A stretch of 63,692 bases of DNA, filler included, from Rhabdomonas costata (lineage: Eukaryota): NCBI GenBank assembly GCA_019059605.1. It is 28 parts of 28 records of this genome, joined end to end, with 100 filler letters (N's around TTAATTAATTAA, not from the genome) between each part and the next. Parts side by side here need not be neighbours in the genome. Positions count along the whole stretch, not along the records: positions 11,435 to 13,613 come from JAHMHO010005039.1; positions 13,714 to 15,892 come from JAHMHO010005040.1; positions 15,993 to 18,171 come from JAHMHO010005041.1; positions 18,272 to 20,449 come from JAHMHO010005042.1; positions 20,550 to 22,727 come from JAHMHO010005043.1; positions 22,828 to 25,005 come from JAHMHO010005044.1; positions 25,106 to 27,283 come from JAHMHO010005045.1; 21 more parts are not named here. One strand, 5' to 3'. Position 1 is the stretch's first letter; the number at the start of each line of letters is the position of its first letter. A model generated the notes under the pieces. That model made no database searches, was not told where the DNA came from, and was given only the letters and a program-made list of their open reading frames with translations. A program made the position numbers and the translations under genes. Below are positions 11,768-25,189 of the stretch, one piece after another.

Positions 11768-13574
11768 CTGTGGAGCTCAGAAAGTGCTCCTTGAGCTGGG
11801 ACTCGGTGCGCTCAGCGGATGCGTTGACCTCCGTGGGGAAGTACCCCGCGTGCCGCGCAGCCACGTGGGCTAGTGTTGTCTGTGGGAGAGCGCAAACCTT
11901 TCACATCGAAGATGCCGTACCGACTGAAGGCAATCAACGTAACGATAGTCGGCGGGATACAGAAAGAACGGGTTTTTGTGGAGAGCGAACGGATTCTGAG
12001 TGCGAGCTCTACGTTACAAACCGCGGGCACACCACGACACGGCACAGCCCCCTGCCGCGCCAGCGGTGCCTACCACTGGAGCTGGCAGTGCCCGATCCAA
12101 CTCGCCCGTTTTCAAACAACTACCAGGCAACTTCAGCAAAACTCCTTTGTGGGAGGGGGCCCTGTCGTGCAGCCCACCTCCCAACCTTTGGGTGAATAGA
12201 CCCTGAAACGCAGGGAAAAAAACAACATACAACGAGTCAGTATGGATTCTGTATGGATTCCTTGTGCTTAGACGCGCGAAAACCTTGCCCACCCCAGGAC
12301 CCCCAGTCAGCAGTAGAATCCGCTCCTCCGGGCGGGTGTCGATAACAGCCGTGACCCCATCCAACGTTGATGACGAGGACGATGCCTGACCTGAACCAAA
12401 GCCGGAACACTGGCAAAGATAGGTGTTGGCACCCCGAGGTGCGGTCAGGCAGACAATGCCGGCTGCGCAACGTGCAACGGTTCGAAAAGTGTTTCCGGCT
12501 CATGTGGTGTGTTGAGAACACCACCCCGTGCCATCGCGTAAACCAAAGGCGAAAAAAGATATAAAAGCACACTCACGGCCTCCCCGCCTAACATGAAATT
12601 AGCACAAAATGAAAACAAGCCAACCCGGTGCCAGAAACTGCGTCTGGGCACCACACCTTGAATGCAGCCCCCCGGCCGAAAGCTCAAAATGAAAAAAGCC
12701 TGAGACAGGGTACTTGCAGTATTTACAATCCCGTGCTATGCAATGCGATGCAGGGGCTCATATCTGGCAATGAAGAGTCCAAAGGGAATTTCATCCTGCA
12801 ACAAGAATGAGCACGAACTCGCCACACTACCTGAGGCAATGAGGTCATCCTAGGCAAATCTAAATTCCTTTACTGCGACTATTTCACTTGACGGCAGCTC
12901 GCATCAAAAACAACACAGAGGTAACAGCAGGGGACAGAAAAACATACCAACACGGAAGACGACTGAAGAATAACGGAGTTCGGGGGGGGGGGCGTAGCAA
13001 ACGAGACCAGTGGGCTTCGGCTTGCGAAACACGAACTCGTCCCACTCCTTCAGCCATTGCACCACCTACGATCCCACCAACATAATCATTGTGTTGGTGC
13101 ATTTCAAAATTTTTCTCTCGGTGGCTCTGGGAAGACTTCACGCCTCCAACAATGCTGTGATCAATTCTTCGATACCGATTATCAATTGCTTCCGATCTCT
13201 CAAAAATAAAGAGGATTTTCTTTTGTTGGTCTCCATCATCCATTTTTTAAAGATCCATTATTCTTCTCAGAAATGTCCGGAGCGAACCATCATTAAACTG
13301 ATCCATTATTAATGCTTTTACAGCCATTGACAACTGTTGCACTGATTGGTGACTGGGACAACATACATGCGGTATAGGTTTGTTCGTGTTTTTTGTGCAC
13401 TAAATCAACGGCATAAGTGAAGGAGAATATGCGGCAGAACCCAAACCTCCAGATTCACCCGATTGTCGCTCAGAAGGTCCTGGAAGGACTTTGGCTCAAA
13501 CTTACTCACCCACAACATGGTATCCGCGGCAGTCTCAACTGGCGACCCCGCGGCCACCACCGTCTCCTGCTCCG
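11768..13574 (-). CDS. CTF18: CTF18 (RFC-like clamp loader AAA+ subunit), internal exons
   Basis: Exons 13574-13447 (LWVSKFEPKSFQDLLSDNRVNLE), 13065-13008 (VVQWLKEWDEFVF), about 12657-12626 (tentative), about 12410-12284 (RPEERILLLTGGPGVGK, Walker A) and 11879-11768 (TTLAHVAARHAGYFPTEVNASAERT). Confidence 0.9.
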
Positions 13575-15231
13575 CTAAGAAAAAACACTTTTTCTTTTTC
13601 ATTCAACAACAAANNNNNNNNNNNNNNNNNNNNNNNNNNNNNNNNNNNNNNNNNNNNTTAATTAATTAANNNNNNNNNNNNNNNNNNNNNNNNNNNNNNN
13701 NNNNNNNNNNNNNCGCGCTAAAAGCAGAAGGGCACAGCCAAGACTACCAAAAAGAAAGCCCCAAAGAAAATGACCTGCGCAAAGATGAAGAAACAACAAC
13801 GAAAAAGACAATTTTGTCAACTTTGCTTTTTTTTTCTTTGCAGACCAGACCCTACTCTGATGAAAGTCAATGTCTGCAGGACAAAAACCAAACCCGCACA
13901 CATACGTCCTCAGCCTGATTCGCATCCGCCTTGCTGACGGTTCGAGCCGGGCTGTTCCTGAAGAAATAAGGTTAGGGGATCTTTGTCACAGGTTGTTCGT
14001 GGTGGGGATGCCAGAAAAAGGTAGGTAAACCGCTTATAAGGGTAGGCAATGAGAGACTTGGAGATGATGGAGCTGAGAGAAAGCGAATTATTAGCTTTTA
14101 ATACGTGGTATGGCTTTTTCGAATCGAAATGAATGAGTGAATGAAAAACGGAGTTTCAGAGCCTTTTCTCAAGGTTGCCTCTCCAAACCTTGCGGCCCAT
14201 AGGAAACCAAAAACAAAGCGCGCCGCACCAGGCATGCCCATTGGGACCTGCCGGGTCATTCGTTCCACCCAGCTCGCGTGGAGCAGCGTGCTGCAACAAA
14301 GAAGCGTCATCGATGACCATATCTCCCGCAGAGGCCGCAAGGCGACCTTTTTAGTTTTTTTTTGGAATGAAAGCAGCAATGGTGAAAGGATAATTGAGGA
14401 GGGGGAGGAAGCGTAACACAGCCCGCACAATAGGGTAAGGTGCGGGTTTTTTGGACGGTGATAGTGCAGGTGCAAGAAATGCCGTCATGCTGACACCTCG
14501 AGGTGGAAACCTACCCTGTGTGTGACGATTCAAAGCCAAATTAGCCCAAAATACCAAAATGTCAAAACAGTGAAGGAGAAAAAGAACACAATCACTAATA
14601 AAAGAAATTTTTAAAAAAAATATGAATCCTTTAACTTTAGCGCTTGAATTGAGAAAATGACGTTACTGTGTGGATTAATTTGTGTTCGAGGATCCTGAAA
14701 GTGAGCCCTTTGTGGTTATATTATCAAATTTTGGTGATCCCATCACAAATTGGGTAAAATTCCGAGTATCTCGTCGCAGTATCTTGCACCTAACCTAAAA
14801 AATCAGCACCCGCCACTCAGCGTTTAGGGGTGCCTGCAGTAAAGTTCCTCCCGGTCACCACAACCTCGAATATATCGTCGCTCTACCCCGAGCGCGCTCA
14901 GATCATGGCACTTCCTCAAGCCTCAACCTGCAGCGCACACGGCGCTTTCTTCTCCACATTCCTACTTGCACTATTTTGTGTGTTTTCAATCCAACGATAC
15001 TTCTCCCGTGTGAATAGTGCTTCAACTGCCGCCCTTTTTCTTCCTTATTGCAAGTCTTCCCAGTCCACGTGCCGTGTAAAACCTGCACCTGTGCCGCAGT
15101 GCCCATGGATTGGTGATTATGATAAAATATTCATGATACCATGTATGAAGTCTTCACGAACAGTGAGGAAAAGACATTCCGGAATCCTGTATTTGCAAAG
15201 TTTGAAGAAAGAAAGGCGATAAAAAGCATAC

Positions 15232-15771
15232 TTCGAAGGGCAGCCAGCTGCCGCCTTTTAAACACAATATCATTGAGAAACTGCTGCTTCTCGGCGACCG
15301 AGTCCAGAACAAGATCGTCCAGGAAGGCGGTGAGCTCAGCCTGCCGGTATGAAACGCGAAAAGACAATTTACAAGGTCCCGTGTAACAGCAACTCTATTG
15401 ATAGAGATGTCAGGCAACAATAATGCTAAAAATTCAGGATAATATCAGCGCAGTATACCACCGAAAGAGAGGTTCAACTTTGGAATGACCTTTGGCGCCG
15501 CTCAAACCCCATTCCCGAAAAACGTGAGAGTTCGACAACATTCGAAGAGCACCAAATTCCGCAGCCCCAGAGAGAATTTAGTGCGAACGATTGGAAAAAA
15601 ACACAACCATAAACACAACCGAAAGAAGAATATTAACAACCTCAACAAAGTTTGAGTTGGAGATGGTGTTCATCTGGTAAGTCGCCGAGAATGATCCAAA
15701 GGAGAGCTGCAGCAGCCGAGAGGTGGCAGTTTGATTCCCAAAACTGTACGAGGAAGCTGCAGAGGTCACCG
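15232..15771 (-). CDS. Plus3-domain (RTF1-like) protein, 3' exons
   Basis: Exons 15771-15641 and 15340-15232 give YSFGNQTATSRLLQLSFGSFSATYQMNTISNSNFVE|AELTAFL, which fits the Plus3 C-terminal pattern Y.lg..T...L.l..G....f.m..iSN..F.e.E. A possible final exon lies near 15090-15047. Confidence 0.65.
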
Positions 15772-16254
15772 CTGCACAGAAACAGCAACAACGGATCCAG
15801 GAATGGCGTGAAGCAGTGCGCATCATTGCGCATTTAAAACGATTCAACACAGCTCGCGTGTTTTTCGCGGGTGGCGAGAGCGAGAAGCACCCNNNNNNNN
15901 NNNNNNNNNNNNNNNNNNNNNNNNNNNNNNNNNNNNTTAATTAATTAANNNNNNNNNNNNNNNNNNNNNNNNNNNNNNNNNNNNNNNNNNNNTGTGTTTT
16001 TTTTGCCCAGTGCGCCTTCAGTGCTTTGCATTTTTTGTTACCCGTGCAGCGTTGTGATTCCCGCCGAGGCACAAGGAAGGTGGCTGGGAATTGAAAACGA
16101 GGAATGAGGCATTGCGGAGATGCAATACCCGGCGGTTATTGACACTTTCGCATTCTATCACAGCAGCTTAATGACAGCGGTGGCTTGTTGCCGAAAACCC
16201 TTGATTGCCATCCCCCTCCCCCTGACTCCCACCGCGCCTCGGTCCCCCGCACAC

Positions 16255-17940
16255 CGTTTGGATGTGGGTTCGAATAGCAGGAATCCCGTGGGGTAGCCGA
16301 GCCTTCAGGCTGGAAGTGTCCAGGGAGACATGGCGTGATGACAGTGAAATGCAAGAGTTCCACCCCGTCTCCATTCCTGATGTAAGAACGCAGAGCGTGA
16401 ATCGCATGCGTAAACCGTGACCCCAGGCTCACTCGCTCAGGGGCAACTGCCGTGATGAGCTTTGTCACCCACATACACATAACGTCCATCACTTGCAACA
16501 CCATAATGTAGGACCGCGACGGGAAAGTGCTGCTTATCGCGTTCTTTTCGTTCTTCGTTTTTGAGGAAAGCTTTCAAATGGAAGTAATATGAAACGTTTT
16601 TGTTTTGCAATAAACCCATTGACATAAAAGCATAGCCCTCGCTTTGGAAAAGCAGACAAGCACAAATGTGACACATCGTTTGTTGAAATAGGCAATCTCT
16701 AATCCCTCTTGAGATGTATGACAAATGCTCGAACTTGATTTCGACCACCGCAGGGCGCTTTGATTTTGATTTCTTTTAGTTTTCTTTCATTCCCATTCTT
16801 CTCTTCTCCATTGGATGCTTCGTGTGAAGATCATTTTTACCTTGCCCTGCCGAGCCATCAAACTCATATTTCTCGAAATAATCTGCGAACCAAACGCAAA
16901 ACGGCCTCAACGTCTCTTTAATTCAAGAAGAAAAGCAGTTCAGGAAGGAGGGGAGGGGCACCTAAACGGTCCCCAAAGGCCTTAGTCTTCTGCTCGTTCT
17001 TGGGACTGAAAAAGATGAAGCGGATCCCAGCAGCGCGGAAGAACTCCACGGTCTGCGGAATAAACGCCCGGGGTTGCCGGCGCATCCCCACCAAGCCTTT
17101 GGTTTTTGTTGTGGGGGAAGCTGAGGCGTGTTGGGAATCTAAGCAGCTTCAGTGCAATCAGGTACAATAGCTTCCTAGGGAAGGGGTTTTGTCATATTGC
17201 TACCAGAGAACACGGAGCACTTTCAGGGTTGCAGAAGGAGGACGTCAGGAGAGAAGCACTTCGTCCACAACTCGCGCAACAACAAGCGGAATACATTTGA
17301 ATTCTGTGCAGAAAACCGTACAAGAGGATAAAAGAGAGACATGCCGAGAGAAAGATGAAAGCAGCTCCATGTTTGAATTGAGCGGGGGAATGTTGGATAA
17401 GAAACCTTCAGCAGAAGCAGGACAAGATCAGATAAGATCAAGCTGGAGGATTGCATGTGGAACCGAAATGAACCAGAATCCGCTTGGGCAATCACCTAAA
17501 AAGATCAAGTCCTGGTGCACCTCCTCGTACAGGTCCTCGTCCGTATCGCTACCTCGCGGCCCCTCTTCTGTCCCTGCCGCAACGCCTTCTCCGAACCTTC
17601 CAAGGCCGCCACCACCACCGGGGATAGACCCGTTGCCGCTTGTTCCCGCTGGGGGGATCACCCGGTACAGCACTCGGCTGCGCTGCGAGGCAGAGAGCAG
17701 CCTGGGAGTCAGCGGGAGCTCCGCGGGAAGAGGGCGGTAGGCCAGGGCCACGGTGTGCAGGTCGTGGCCCTTGGTCCACTGCGCGATGGCCTGGTGCAGC
17801 TGGTTCCGGGCCGACTCGGGCAGGGGCAGGCACTGCTCGCCATCCCAGTACTCCGAGCAGCAGTCCAGGACCAGGTCGGGGGTGCCCAGGGTGAAGACCT
17901 GCAGCTGCTGGGCCGTGTCCTCGACCAGCAAGGTGGCCAT
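16255..17940 (-). CDS. TMEM94: TMEM94 / ERMA (P-type ATPase-like ER protein), internal exons
   Basis: Exons 17940-17496 (DLVLDCCSEYWDG...ALAYRP...DLIFL), 17096-16962 (GLVG...AAGIRFIFFS...KTKAFGDRL) and 16376-16255 (GMETGWNSCISL...KARLPHGIPAIRTHI). Phases are consistent and the motifs match TMEM94 as recalled (GLETGWNCHISL, AKLPRGI). Confidence 0.88.
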
Positions 17941-18612
17941 CTGGAAGGCAGCAGGGGGGGAATTGCACACAGGAAACGGCTGGGGAGGTTCCCGGTTGGT
18001 TTTATTGATGTAGAATTCAACGGCAGTCTGCATTTCCAAAGTCTCAACATTGTGCTTAACATAGTCAATCCGTTAAACACACCTCACTCCCATGCCAAAA
18101 GATCGCCGGTAGCGGCAAGTAATACGGGTCAAGAGCGATGTGCGGCAAGGGAACGGTGGCACCAACACAACNNNNNNNNNNNNNNNNNNNNNNNNNNNNN
18201 NNNNNNNNNNNNNNNTTAATTAATTAANNNNNNNNNNNNNNNNNNNNNNNNNNNNNNNNNNNNNNNNNNNNTGGGTGTGTGGTAAGCTGAACTCAGAACC
18301 GATAATGCACACTTTCTGCACTTTCAGCTTACCTCGAACAACTGCAGCACAACCACTGATATGTCTAAAACTCGGAACAAAATCTGCGAGCGAGGGGATT
18401 GAGGTTGGACAGTTCCCAAGCAACTTCACTCTCCGGAATTATACATTACAGCTTCTCAGAATTTCTCTTCGTTTTTCTGTGGGGGAAAACCATCAAACAG
18501 CTTCACAGTTTCGCAATGCATCACCCCTGTGTGGGTTTAATGATCAAAAAAGGCCATTGTGAGGTGCACGCCGCACGTGCCACAGTGGTATTGGTGAGAT
18601 GGGGAGGGGCAC

Positions 18613-18869
18613 CTCGGGCCCTGCGGTAGCCTCTTGCGCGGCTGAGATGGTCGTGGGGCAGTTGTGGAAAACCTCGGACTCCGCAGGCAGGAGCGCATCG
18701 ACGACAGTGGGGTGCTCTGACACTCCCCCACGGGGCGCTCCTGCGACGGGCTTCGAGGCCCCCGCCTCAAAGCTGAAGTACCCCTTTGACGTTTTGTTGT
18801 TCAGTAAGTGTGCGTGCATGTGTTTGCTTAAGGCAGGCATGTGATGGAAACAGCGCGAGACAGAGAGAG

Positions 18870-18903
<34 letters not shown>

Positions 18904-20449
18904 TAAAATGCATCCAATGATCCTAGTAGGGCGGAAGGGAAGCTGATGAACAATTACGCAGGGATTTCCCATCCCGAGTTGTCCAATACCCTCCCCCTCT
19001 CTTTCCCGCCAGCTCGCTCGGTGTCAGCGCTTTTTTGCATCACCGGAGAGAAATCTTCACAGGGTCTTTATACGAAATTCATGGGCGCTCTGCAACATGC
19101 GATGATGCACTTGCATCACGGATAGCCCCCGCACCACGCAATCGCGCCTGCTTCGCTAAAAACCGAATGCGGAGGGTCCGCAAAAGTTTTGTGGGAATTC
19201 GCTGGCAGGAGCGACCGTAAGGAGGCGTGGTCCAGGACAGGGGAGTGCCGTTCGCCGCTTGGTGCAGAAAAATGAGGGCCCAGCTGAGCAGACGCAAGAG
19301 TCGAAAGCGTACCAGGTTGGGCTCTAGCATCAGAGTGTGGAGCAGCTCCTTGGGCACCGGGGCGTGCGTGCCGCGAACGAAGTACGTCTGCACGTTGCCG
19401 AACCCCTTCGCGAAGGTGCTGCGGGGCTTCTCCCACACAAAGGGGCTACCGGGTACAGCACTGATGGCGCGGTACACCCCCTCGCTGCAGTGGATTCGGC
19501 AGGGCGTCCCCGTGGCCTATGCACCCCACATCCACATGCCGTCTGTGAGGTCCGTCTGATGTTCTCCAGCACGCTGCTTCACGTTTGACTGATTTTTGGA
19601 TTCTTTGGTGTGCGGACTCCAAAGGTACACGCGTATAGTAGAGGTCAAAGTTCTGGAAAAGAAAGCGCTATGAACGTCTTCCCTTTGTATTATTCAGCAG
19701 AAACCCTGGCTATAAGTATGTGCAAAAAGAAAGCGCAAAAAAGGGCCTCCTCCAAAACCTTGAAAAGGAGTGCAAAACTAAATTGCGAAAGTACAAGACA
19801 AAAGCGAGGAGCATCACTATGACGAACAACACTGACAACAACAATGTCCCGGGATTTGTTCAACTAAGCGAGGAAAAGCGGCCAGCAAACTTTACTCAGG
19901 AGTGTCAACCCAGGAACTAGGGCCCAAACCAGCAAGTCGCATTCATGGTTTGGCTTGCCAAGGGAGGCGCACCTGCACGCACAAACGACACCCTCACGCA
20001 GACAACTAAACGTGCAGAGTCCGCAAGGAAAAAACGGGTGACACCTGGACGTTGCGTTCGTACCCTCGAAAGACTACTAAAACAGACCTTCATCCGGCTC
20101 GCAAGGTTCACCGACGCACCCCACACGTCGAACGCTGGGCACTTCCCGCCCAGCACCCCAACCGTCACAGGGCCCACAGCGATCCCGTACCGCATCGCGC
20201 TCCCAGAGGCAGCCGTCGATGTCGCCGTCCCGCTGCTGCTCTCGCTGCGACCATCTCCGCTGCTCGCCGTGCTGCACGACGCCTCACGGTGTTTCTTGAG
20301 GCTGCTCCCGCTGCAGTCATGAATGCCGCGTTTACCGTGGCCTTTGGTGGACTTTGCCATCGCAGAGCCGATCGCGGAGATCTGCTGCATGCATGTCCCG
20401 CGGTCGGGGTGGACGTACCGCTCCGAAAACACTTGGGCGCACACAGAGG
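18613..20449 (-). CDS. Class III nucleotide cyclase (probably adenylate cyclase), catalytic C-terminal part
   Basis: Exon ending at 20088 encodes YGIAVGPVTVGVLGGKCPAFDVWGASVNLASRMK. Exon 19516-19313 encodes ATGTPCRIHCSE...KGFGNVQTYFV. Probable further exon 18783-18613. The Asp in FDVWG indicates ATP specificity. Confidence 0.88.
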
Positions 20450-23095
20450 NNNNNNNNNNNNNNNNNNNNNNNNNNNNNNNNNNNNNNNNNNNNTTAATTA
20501 ATTAANNNNNNNNNNNNNNNNNNNNNNNNNNNNNNNNNNNNNNNNNNNNGTTGTGTTGGGTGTGATGGGTTGAGACGTTCAATGGAGTGGGCGATGCTCC
20601 TTTTAGCACTGCTAATCGTTTAGCGGTGCGAAAACGTCCGTTTTGGGGATGTTTTTTATTGGACGGGGGATTGGAAAACTGTTTCAACTCCATTTATTTT
20701 AGCGAAATCGGGTTTGGTAAACTGTTTTTGTACCTCCTGGACAAACATGTTTTAATTTGAGGGGTAGGGGGTAGGATATTCGGCATACCTGCACTACCCC
20801 GGCATACAGAGGAAGTCGAAGGATCACGGTCGTCTACACTCCTTGATACACTGTAACAGTGCCAAAGAAGGGTCAGTGTGAGGTTCCTACGCCTCCACCT
20901 CCTGGTCCTTCCCTCTGAAATGCTTTGGCTCAGAGTGACGAGATTCCCAAACCATGACACAAACGCGGAAGCGCTGAGACCAGTCACTAACAGTGTGAGA
21001 GCTCAGTCAAAGCATGTGCTGAGCCCTCTCACCAGCACTGTTGCGGGCGAGGTAGATCCGTTGTTTGAGGGAGAGCCTGCAACCTTCGAATGCCCCTCCC
21101 GTCTTGTCATAAACCTTCCGATTGCAAGACCGATCAGAGCATCGCCGGTACGAAGAGTCACAGTACCACTTCGCTCCCAAGGGCTCCCTACAGGAACAGC
21201 CTTTAACACCTTCCCGCAGTCCATATTTTATTTTAGTAATTATAATAAAAAAAGAAAGCTCTCAAGTTCTTTATCGGAACACAAAGCTTCCAAATCAAAA
21301 AAAGAGTAAAGATGGCTGGAAAGTGGAGGTTGGCATCGCTCCCAAACCCTATGAAATTTGCTGGGGGGGGGGCGGACCCCCCCCGTGTGTGCATGGCGTC
21401 CTAAAGGTAATACCTTCATCGAAAGTGTGCTGGGCTAGTGCTGGCGCGCCATATATTTTCACGCGCAATCACCCATCTGGGCTTCAGCTGGTCAGTGTGC
21501 AAAGTCGACGCAACAGTGGGTGCTGGAAAGTGGGTGGCGGTATAACTGTAATCATGCAATCACCGGTGTGACATCATCTGAGACCACAGATGTGGCTATC
21601 ATGAAGCCACATCTGATCTATCACTGCCCCACTCTGCACCCGCACACCCATTGAAAGACGATGTCCGTGAACTAGAACAAAACTCACAACACAACAGCAC
21701 ATTCACAAAAGCTGGAGCAGGTCTCACACAGGCTGTGCTCTGCATTCGTCTGTCTCGGCGAGGGCAGACACCCCAACGAAGCAAAAGGGATCGGAAAAGA
21801 AGCACGCAAACACACAAAAGGGGTGCGCATTTCTTCACAAAAAACAGTACGGACGCCCCCTCTCAGAGAGGAAGGCCGCCGCCAAGGGAGGGAAATGTAA
21901 ATGATTCGCAATGATAATGTTTCACAAAGAAAAAGACAAAAGAGAAACTCAAAGCACAGAGCGCGCTCCACCATCACCGCCGAAAAAGGGTGCGCAGCAC
22001 AACCCCCCCCCCCGGCCTCTCTATCTCTCACTTAGTCTGATGTGTGAAAGGTTGTCCACCAAGCCACCAATCGCATTACCCAAACCCAATGAGATTCCCT
22101 TATGGGGGGCGGAGGAGGATACTTTTCGCTTGGAGGAAAGCGAAAACTCCCGAGCCACGCCATTGCCAGTACCCATCTGTCTGTCTGCTCACCTTGTTGC
22201 CAATTCGCAGTGCATCATAAACCAGCACCACACGCCAGGTTCGCGTCGCACTTCACTCGGCTCTCTCTCATACATCATGGGCTCTCACAATGACTCTCTG
22301 AAGACGAGGAAAAAGACAGAGGGCCCACGAATACGCTAAAAACTCGATATGAGATAAATCGAACCCCTGAAACCCAAGTGCATGGCAGAAACCTGGGCTG
22401 GTAGCAAAACTCTCCCTCCTTTCCCTCTCTCTCTGTCTCTCTTCGATGCATGACGGAATTCTTCGCCAGCAGTAAAAGGAACCCCCAAGCCGAACACAAC
22501 ATCTGAGGCAAGACCACAACAGCGAAAGAGCAGGAAACAGAAGGAAATGACAGAAAGAAAGCGTTGCGAGGCAAAAGATGAGAGGAGATCTGGTGACAGA
22601 ATGGGATGAGCGAGGGCACAACAACACTGGACACACATTCGTCAAGGGGAGAAAAGGTCTGAGGTTCTGAGTATTCACAAGCCACCACACGCTTTAACCA
22701 CAACTTAGAAGCAAAGAAAAAGAACAANNNNNNNNNNNNNNNNNNNNNNNNNNNNNNNNNNNNNNNNNNNNTTAATTAATTAANNNNNNNNNNNNNNNNN
22801 NNNNNNNNNNNNNNNNNNNNNNNNNNNTGTGTGTGGGGCGGCCAAGCAGTCGCCCACATAATGAGTTTACTCAGCCATCTTTGCAGCAACTTCTTGGCCG
22901 CCCCTCACAGCATTTCGTTTTTTACAGCTGGGGTGAAGTTTGATAATTCTCACATGTGTTTGGCACTACTACTGACATTTTTCTGAGTGTGCTTTTGTTA
23001 TGGTTTGTTAAGTTCACGATTGCGGAAAAAGTAAAGCCAGGTCTCTTGAGCATCGCTTGCATCTGCGGGTACAAAATATAATGGGTTTTTCGCAG

Positions 23096-24825
23096 AACAT
23101 GGACCGGATCGGAAATCGCCGAGGGAGGGAGCTCTACGAGGCCCGCCTTCCTAGGGGTTATCGCCGCCCCACAGAGATGAGCGATGACAGGTTCGACACA
23201 GCTCATCCCCATTTTTTTGTGGTTGCAGAGCTCCAATGTAGATGGGATTCTTTATTCTTTTTTTTGTTGGTTATCTATGACATTGAAATGGACTTTCCTG
23301 TTAGAATGGGGTCAAAGTCCAACTGGAGTTCAGGAAACTTCCAACGTCCAGGCTTTTCCTGGAAGGTCACCGAATATAACAATGAGATTAGAATTGAATT
23401 GAAGAGTTGAAAGTGATGAGTGGGCGAAGCACATCCGTGCCTTGCTTGTCCGTGGAGCGGAGATCTGCTTCGGTGACTCACCGGTGTGCGCAACTCGGGG
23501 GGTTAATGAGGACAGCCCAACCTCCGCGTCGGGAGTTAAGGACAGTGAAATTACCTCTGAACCCCATTAACCCGTGTTTGCAATAATCTTATTTAAATCA
23601 GTGCGTAAGAGATTACTTGTCTCCGTGCAAAGGTGCAAAAGTCTTTTCTGAGGCCATGCAATTATGTTGTTCACGAAATGAATGCGAGGGCTCTGCGTAA
23701 TGAGCACCTTTTTCGGTCTGCGTCTCGCGTGAAAACAATGTTCAACCGTGTGTTGAAACTTGAAAGGTTTACAAGGTTATCTTTGGGAAATTGGTTGGCG
23801 GTGGGAGCCTGGCCTGCGCTTCAGGACTGTTTCTGAGCACATCCGGTCCCGGTTCGAGCGGCAGGCATACTTTGCTGCTGGCGCAAGGCTGAAGCCCGGG
23901 GAGGAGTTTCACAGCCCCTCTCCGGTGACCAGCCCTCTGTTATCCAAGCCACCCAAGGTGGGCACAGTTGCGACTGGGGTGTCACAATGGAGACACAAAT
24001 GCGGGCGGTGTGGGATATTGACATGCTCGTAATCTCCCAAAGAAGCGCCTCCTAGTATCCTGCGAGGCCAAGAACCTAATCCAGGGGACGCGTGCACCGC
24101 CATGGGGCTGTGGAGCCGCATTTTTTTCTTTTGCAAGGAAGTCACTGTCGCTGACTTTTCAACCCGAGGCTAGGCACTGGAAAAAGCACCTCGTCTGCGG
24201 AATCCGATGTGATTTGTGAGCGTTGAATATGCCTGGCACCTCCTTCCGTTGGCACTGATGGTGGAGCACTCTGAAGGTTGAGAGCAGCAGCTGTTGATGG
24301 GAAAATCGAAAAATGAAACGGGTCACCTATCCTGAGTCATACTTGTTGCAGGTTCCGGGTGCAGTGGACGAGAGGTTTTCAGGAGTTAGCTGGATACTAC
24401 ACACACAGGGGGAGAGAGACGGGCGCCGCCATGGGAGGAAAGCCGAGGAGGAGCAGCGGCCGGTAAGCTCTGAGGATGCTACTCGGAAGCCACCTCGCCG
24501 CAGAGGAAGCCGCAGCCGCAGCCGCAGCCGCAGCCGCAGCGGCCCTTCAGTCGATGAACCTCACGGTCGAGGCCCGGAGAATGACATGCTGGTTGCTCTG
24601 TCACCCCATATGCTCTCTGTGAGGGACTTGAACTGTGGGTAATCTATATCTGTGGAATCCCTTGTGCCGTGTCTTCACCTAGATATGGGATGCTGGGCAC
24701 TGGTCGCGTTCGTTGCTCACAGGACATGTTTGGACCCTCTTCTCCGGAAGTGTCTGTTTTGGCCGCTGCTCCTCGCCCAGAGGATGGCGGAGCTGAAGAA
24801 TCTGCGGCTGCCTCCTCCCATGTTG
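23096..24825 (+). CDS. ArfGAP-domain protein (SMAP-like), internal exons
   Basis: Exons 23096-23190 (MDRIGNRRGRELYEARLPRGYRRP) and 23825-23957 (VSEHIRSRFERQAY) form the C-terminal half of an ArfGAP domain. Low-complexity exons follow at 24409-24591 (RS repeat) and 24723-24825. Confidence 0.75.
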
Positions 24826-25189
24826 GTGTGCCTTTAGGGATTCGGGGAACGTCCCTGCGTTGGGACTGTGCTCGGGCGATTCAGTTTTTGGGAATCCCTC
24901 TCCACTTTGCTTCTGGACCCAGGACAAGTTCCCTGGCTCTGACGTGTGTCCCATTACCAATTTCACATTTCACAGCTGGGACAGTTGCTGGCACTGAATC
25001 CCACANNNNNNNNNNNNNNNNNNNNNNNNNNNNNNNNNNNNNNNNNNNNTTAATTAATTAANNNNNNNNNNNNNNNNNNNNNNNNNNNNNNNNNNNNNNN
25101 NNNNNGTGTGTTCAGATCAGGGCAGCTTAACTGGTCCACCTGCGCGAAAAAACCCCCAAGACGCGATCAAAAGCTTCACACAAACACAC

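Noticed and set aside
12550..12576. Second SL-like motif (minus strand GTGAGTGTGCTTTTATATCTTTTTTCG) inside CTF18
   Set aside because: Spacing between TGAGTGT and TTTTTTCG is 6 nt longer than in the SL, and GTGAGT is simply a consensus donor-like sequence within an intron-rich gene.
17515..18219. Overlapping antisense ORFs over GC-rich exons (also 9500-9941, 57173-57599, 58365-58997)
   Set aside because: Shadow ORFs caused by high GC3 in the real coding strand.
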